Of a stretch of 64,000 nucleotides of DNA, positions 60,357 to 64,000 are shown piece after piece. The notes below the pieces were generated by a model. It ran no database searches. It had not been told where the DNA came from and saw only the letters and a program-made list of their open reading frames with translations. The stretch spans positions 64,001 to 128,000 of the forward strand of contig JABCTC010000002.1 in NCBI GenBank assembly GCA_018238545.1. Direction: 5' to 3'. This DNA comes from Candidatus Heimdallarchaeota archaeon (GTDB lineage Archaea; Asgardarchaeota; Heimdallarchaeia; Heimdallarchaeales; Heimdallarchaeaceae). The position numbers and the translations under genes are program-made. How positions within the stretch are numbered: position 1 is the first letter of the stretch; each line of letters begins with the position of its first letter.

Positions 60357-61331
60357 ATGCGAGTTCTAGCCTTGTCTGATACACATTTTGGATATATGTA
60401 TGGGAATACAGCTAGAACTAGAAGGCAGTCAATAGAAAACATGCTAACAGCTTTCGAAAGAACATTAGAGATTGCTCAAAACAAAGACGTAGACTTAGTT
60501 CTTCATGGAGGTGACATGTTTAATAGATCAAGACCTCCCAAGGAAGTTATTTCAAAGGCTTACAAAATTATTGAGAAGTTCACTGAAACTGGCATAAAAT
60601 TTGTAGTTATCCCAGGAAACCATGATAAATCTAACTTACCTGAAACTCTACTGAGTCACTTCAATAAGGATTTATTTCTAGTGAACAGATTAACGAGATT
60701 GGACTTTGATGAGATATCAATTTTGGCATTTCCCTTTGAGCTCAAAGACCCAAAAAGAACATTAAAGAAAATTCGAGAAGAAATTGGGAAACATCCACAG
60801 AAATCATTTATTGTTCTATGTCATCAGTTGTTTGACGGAGCGAAATTTGGTCCTCACCAATATATTTTCAGAAATCGTAAGGATACTTTACTCACACAGA
60901 TGTTTCCAAATAATGCTAGATTGTTTATTTCAGGACACATTCATAGATCACAAAAATTGCAGAATGATAGAGTTTGGTATACTGGTTCAACTGAAAGAAC
61001 AAGTTTTGCGGAAGCAATCGAACCCAAAGGATGTTTGTTTATAGAAATTGAGAAAAACTTTGAGAATGTTGAATTTGTAGAGTTACCAAGTGAAAATATG
61101 GTGGTTAAAGAGGTGGACATTGAAGGTACAAAAACAATTTCTTCAAATCTTGATTCAATGGAAATTGAAAGTGATGTTAGAACTCTTATTAGATTAACTG
61201 GTAGGGAATTGAGTCAAGAAGAAATACATTTTCTATGGTCCTATTTCCCTGCAAGAGAATTTCCTTTGCTAACTTTTACACCAAGAAAGCCAATGATTAA
61301 ATTGAAACCTCTTTATTCAAAGAGAAAATAA
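60357..61331 (+). CDS. Mre11/SbcD-like metallophosphoesterase (nuclease)
   Basis: SDTHFG, GGDMF, PGNHD, CHQ, GHIH, YTGSTERTSF.E. Confidence 0.88.
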   Translation: MRVLALSDTHFGYMYGNTARTRRQSIENMLTAFERTLEIAQNKDVDLVLHGGDMFNRSRPPKEVISKAYKIIEKFTETGIKFVVIPGNHDKSNLPETLLSHFNKDLFLVNRLTRLDFDEISILAFPFELKDPKRTLKKIREEIGKHPQKSFIVLCHQLFDGAKFGPHQYIFRNRKDTLLTQMFPNNARLFISGHIHRSQKLQNDRVWYTGSTERTSFAEAIEPKGCLFIEIEKNFENVEFVELPSENMVVKEVDIEGTKTISSNLDSMEIESDVRTLIRLTGRELSQEEIHFLWSYFPAREFPLLTFTPRKPMIKLKPLYSKRK

Positions 61332-61346
61332 ATAAAAAAGGGAAGC

Positions 61347-62582
61347 TTAGAAGATTTTTAACTTTCTTCCAAGATCTTCGAATTTCATTAAAGCAAAATC
61401 TAAGTTTTCTTGTGTAAGACCAGCATTCATCATGACTCTGATTCTCGCTGTGCCTTTTGGCACCATCGGAAAAACTATTGGTAAAGCGAAGATACCTTCT
61501 TCCATCAGTCTATCACTTAGATTCTTGGCAACATCATTTTCTCCACAGATAATAGGAACAATAGCTGTTGGACATTTAGCAGATGTTGCGGTTATTTCAT
61601 GTCCGAAACCAATATCAACGATTTTACTCTTGAAATAGTCACAATTATCAAGAAGCTTTTCAACAACAGGTTCAAAATATTGTGATTTAGGATCTAATAC
61701 TTCTAAAGCACCAATTGCTGCACCAGCAGTAGCTGGAGGTGGAGAACCGCTGAGAAGATAAGATCTACCAGTGTTTCGGAGGAAATTGACTAAGTCTTGA
61801 GAACCAGTTATTGAACCTCCAACTACGCCCATTGCTTTGCTGTAAGTGTTCATCTCGACTTGAACCTTTCCCTGCAAATTAAAGTGATCCACAATACCTT
61901 TACCTTTTTTATCTCGTCCTAGAACACCGTCACCATGAGCATCGTCTATGTATATCATTGCACCAGATTCGTCTGCAAGTTTTTGTATTTCATCTAATGG
62001 GGCCATGTCACCGTCCATACTAAACACGCCGTCACTTAGTAACAGAATTCTCTTCTCACCATTTGGGTCTTCTTTGTTGATGAGTTTTAGCTGTTCCTCT
62101 AAACTAGCCATATCACAGTGTTTGTAAAGTTTTCTCTGTGTTTTTGTTAATCTAACACCATCGATTATTGACCCATGATTGAGCATGTCACTTAGAATGT
62201 AATCATCTTTTCTAACCAAAGGTGGAATTGCACCTTCATTAGCTATGAAACCACTCATCCAAACCATTGCTGCTTCTTGTTCTTTGAAATCAGCATGTTT
62301 TCTTTCCCATTCTTCATGTATTGCCATATTCCCTGCAATTGCACGAACAGATCCAGAACCAGCACCGAGCTTTTCTGCTGCTTCTATTGCCTTCTTCTTC
62401 AAGTGAGGGTGGTTACTCAAATTCAAGTAGTTGTTAGAACAAAGCATGAGAAGTTTCTGTCCATCAACGATAACTTGCGTTTCAGATGGTGTTTCCAAAC
62501 TTCTGTGAACCCATTCTCTACCCTCAGCTTGAATTTTTTGATATTCAGTTTTCAAAAATTGTGTAGGATTTCTTTTTATCAT
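61347..62582 (-). CDS. kbl: Glycine C-acetyltransferase / 8-amino-7-oxononanoate synthase family (class II PLP enzyme)
   Basis: CSNNYL, GSGSVR.I.G, LNHGSIIDG, DGVFSMDGD, DDAHG, TYSKA (PLP Lys), PMVPKGTARIR. Confidence 0.85.
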   Translation of the reverse strand: MIKRNPTQFLKTEYQKIQAEGREWVHRSLETPSETQVIVDGQKLLMLCSNNYLNLSNHPHLKKKAIEAAEKLGAGSGSVRAIAGNMAIHEEWERKHADFKEQEAAMVWMSGFIANEGAIPPLVRKDDYILSDMLNHGSIIDGVRLTKTQRKLYKHCDMASLEEQLKLINKEDPNGEKRILLLSDGVFSMDGDMAPLDEIQKLADESGAMIYIDDAHGDGVLGRDKKGKGIVDHFNLQGKVQVEMNTYSKAMGVVGGSITGSQDLVNFLRNTGRSYLLSGSPPPATAGAAIGALEVLDPKSQYFEPVVEKLLDNCDYFKSKIVDIGFGHEITATSAKCPTAIVPIICGENDVAKNLSDRLMEEGIFALPIVFPMVPKGTARIRVMMNAGLTQENLDFALMKFEDLGRKLKIF

Positions 62583-62735
62583 AATAAAGACACCTTATCT
62601 AAACACACAAAAAATCTTAAGCTTTTTAATTCTTACCCTTCAAAAGATATTATGAAAGATATAAGGTATAGTTTCAGCAAAAACTTTTATATTTGAGTCT
62701 ATAAACGAGATTCAAGTCTTGAAGTGTTGAGAAAT

Positions 62736-64000
62736 ATGGTTTCTATAAAGTATGAAAATATAGGCGTTGCATATGGTGATTTTATAGTTGTACAGAACTT
62801 CAATCTTGATATCCCACATGGAACAATTACAACCCTCCTTGGTCCATCAGGATGTGGAAAAACAACCGTTCTGCGAGCTTTAGCAGGATTTGTGGAACCC
62901 TTTGAAGGTAATGTGTTTATAGGTGATAATAATGTTACACTTCTACCTCCTCAGAAGCGAAATACAGCAATGATATTCCAAAATTATGCTTTATGGCCAC
63001 ATCTTACAATTTTCAAGAATGTTGAGTATGGTTTAAAGCTAAGAGAAAGTGATGAGTTAGCTGCGTTGAAAAGCCCATGGTATAGTAGATTTCTATGGGT
63101 TATAAAACCATATTACTTCTTCTTAGGCAAAACTCATAGTAAAGCATTAGAATATCTAAAAGAAGCCAAAGAAGAATATTGTTCAGAAAAGAAAGGAATA
63201 TTACAACTATCAACTTGGTATCTCTTTATTGGATTCAGATGGTTAAAAGCTATATCAAAAGGAATTGATCATTATCACCGAGAGAAAAAAGAACAAGTTG
63301 ATCCAAAATGGGCTTATAGAAGAGAGAAGGTATTCGAAGCATTGAGATTAGTTCATTTAGAAGATCAAGCATTCAAAAATCCAACACAGCTAAGTGGAGG
63401 CCAACAGCAAAGAATTGCGCTGAGTAGGTCTCTAGTAGTCGAACCAGATGTTTTATTATGCGATGAACCCTTGTCGAATCTCGACGCAAAACTCCGTAAA
63501 GAGCTTCGTACCGAGATTCGTTCTATTATCAAAAGTCTCGGTATGACCACTGTTTATGTTACTCACGACCAAACTGAAGCCCTCGCCATCAGTGACCGTA
63601 TTGCTGTCTTCAATATTGGTTTTATCGAACAATATGGCACTCCTACCGAAGTTTTCACTGACCCTCATACTCTCTTTGTTGGTCAATTTATTGGTATTTC
63701 TAGCACTCTTGTTGGCAAAATCATCAAACCCAGTTTAGTTGAATTAGTGGGTGGAGAAACAGTAAAACTTCAAGTTAAGACTGATATTCCTGTTGGAGAA
63801 GAAGTTTCTCTCGTCATCCGTCCAGAAAATGTTAGTTTAACTACAAAATCTGATAGTCCCATTGAAATCGAGATTAATACTATTGAATATCTTGGTACTG
63901 AAGTTAAGATGACAGGAAAACTAAAAGATGATACTATACTCCTTCTCGATGTTGCTGAACGTGCTCATGAATATGCTCAAATGAAAGTAGGGACAAAAAT
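62736..64000 (+). CDS. ABC transporter ATP-binding protein (PotA/MalK/FbpC type), runs off the window end; absent from ORF track
   Basis: Translated by hand from ATG 62736: GPSGCGKT, FQNYALWPH, LSGGQQQR, DEPLSNLD, VTHDQ.EA, IRPE TOBE-like tail. Confidence 0.93.
   Translation, partial: MVSIKYENIGVAYGDFIVVQNFNLDIPHGTITTLLGPSGCGKTTVLRALAGFVEPFEGNVFIGDNNVTLLPPQKRNTAMIFQNYALWPHLTIFKNVEYGLKLRESDELAALKSPWYSRFLWVIKPYYFFLGKTHSKALEYLKEAKEEYCSEKKGILQLSTWYLFIGFRWLKAISKGIDHYHREKKEQVDPKWAYRREKVFEALRLVHLEDQAFKNPTQLSGGQQQRIALSRSLVVEPDVLLCDEPLSNLDAKLRKELRTEIRSIIKSLGMTTVYVTHDQTEALAISDRIAVFNIGFIEQYGTPTEVFTDPHTLFVGQFIGISSTLVGKIIKPSLVELVGGETVKLQVKTDIPVGEEVSLVIRPENVSLTTKSDSPIEIEINTIEYLGTEVKMTGKLKDDTILLLDVAERAHEYAQMKVGTK

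Noticed and set aside
63456-63686. Antisense 76-aa ORF within the ABC ATPase
   Set aside because: A shadow caused by the lack of TTA/CTA/TCA codons on the sense strand
1353-63738. Numerous short antisense or alternate-frame ORFs (e.g. 1353-1607, 10320-10745, 20442-20870, 56817-57239, 60116-60442, 62277-62696)
   Set aside because: They overlap well-supported genes, are often Ser/Phe/Ile-rich shadows, and show no motifs
1-64000. CRISPR array, rRNA, provirus or diversity-generating retroelement
   Set aside because: No regularly spaced repeats, long GC-rich RNA gene, viral hallmark gene or reverse transcriptase seen by eye

Overview
AT-rich, densely coding archaeal chromosome segment. The gene content (LonB, archaeal CCA/ThpR/Trm11/RNase Z cluster, geranylgeranyl reductase, PolB, RING-finger, longin-like and ARPC4-like proteins) points to an Asgard archaeon, probably Heimdallarchaeia-like; this is inference. 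In order, the window holds: a de novo purine operon (purQLEMNFD), pyrBI and pyrF, an interrupted fixABCX/etf cluster, a MacB/FtsX-type ABC system, tldD/tldE, four radical SAM genes, a decayed IS200/IS605/IS607-type tnpB with its 3' hairpins, a PolB, a LarA homolog, tRNA-Gly(CCC), a tRNA-maturation cluster and a partial ABC ATPase at the right edge. The most striking locus is 43.5-47.1 kb. It has two tandem SufS-like paralogs that both lack the PLP lysine but keep the persulfide cysteine, a candidate k-turn (C/D-like) small RNA between them, and a divergent gene pair that includes a clear homolog of Arp2/3 subunit ARPC4. Other notable items are a proofreading-dead PolB, a CCA-adding enzyme with degenerate catalytic carboxylates, a membrane RING E3 gene broken by a stop and a frameshift, and an abrupt codon-usage switch near 63.5 kb. 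All family calls come from motif recognition by eye; no searches were run.
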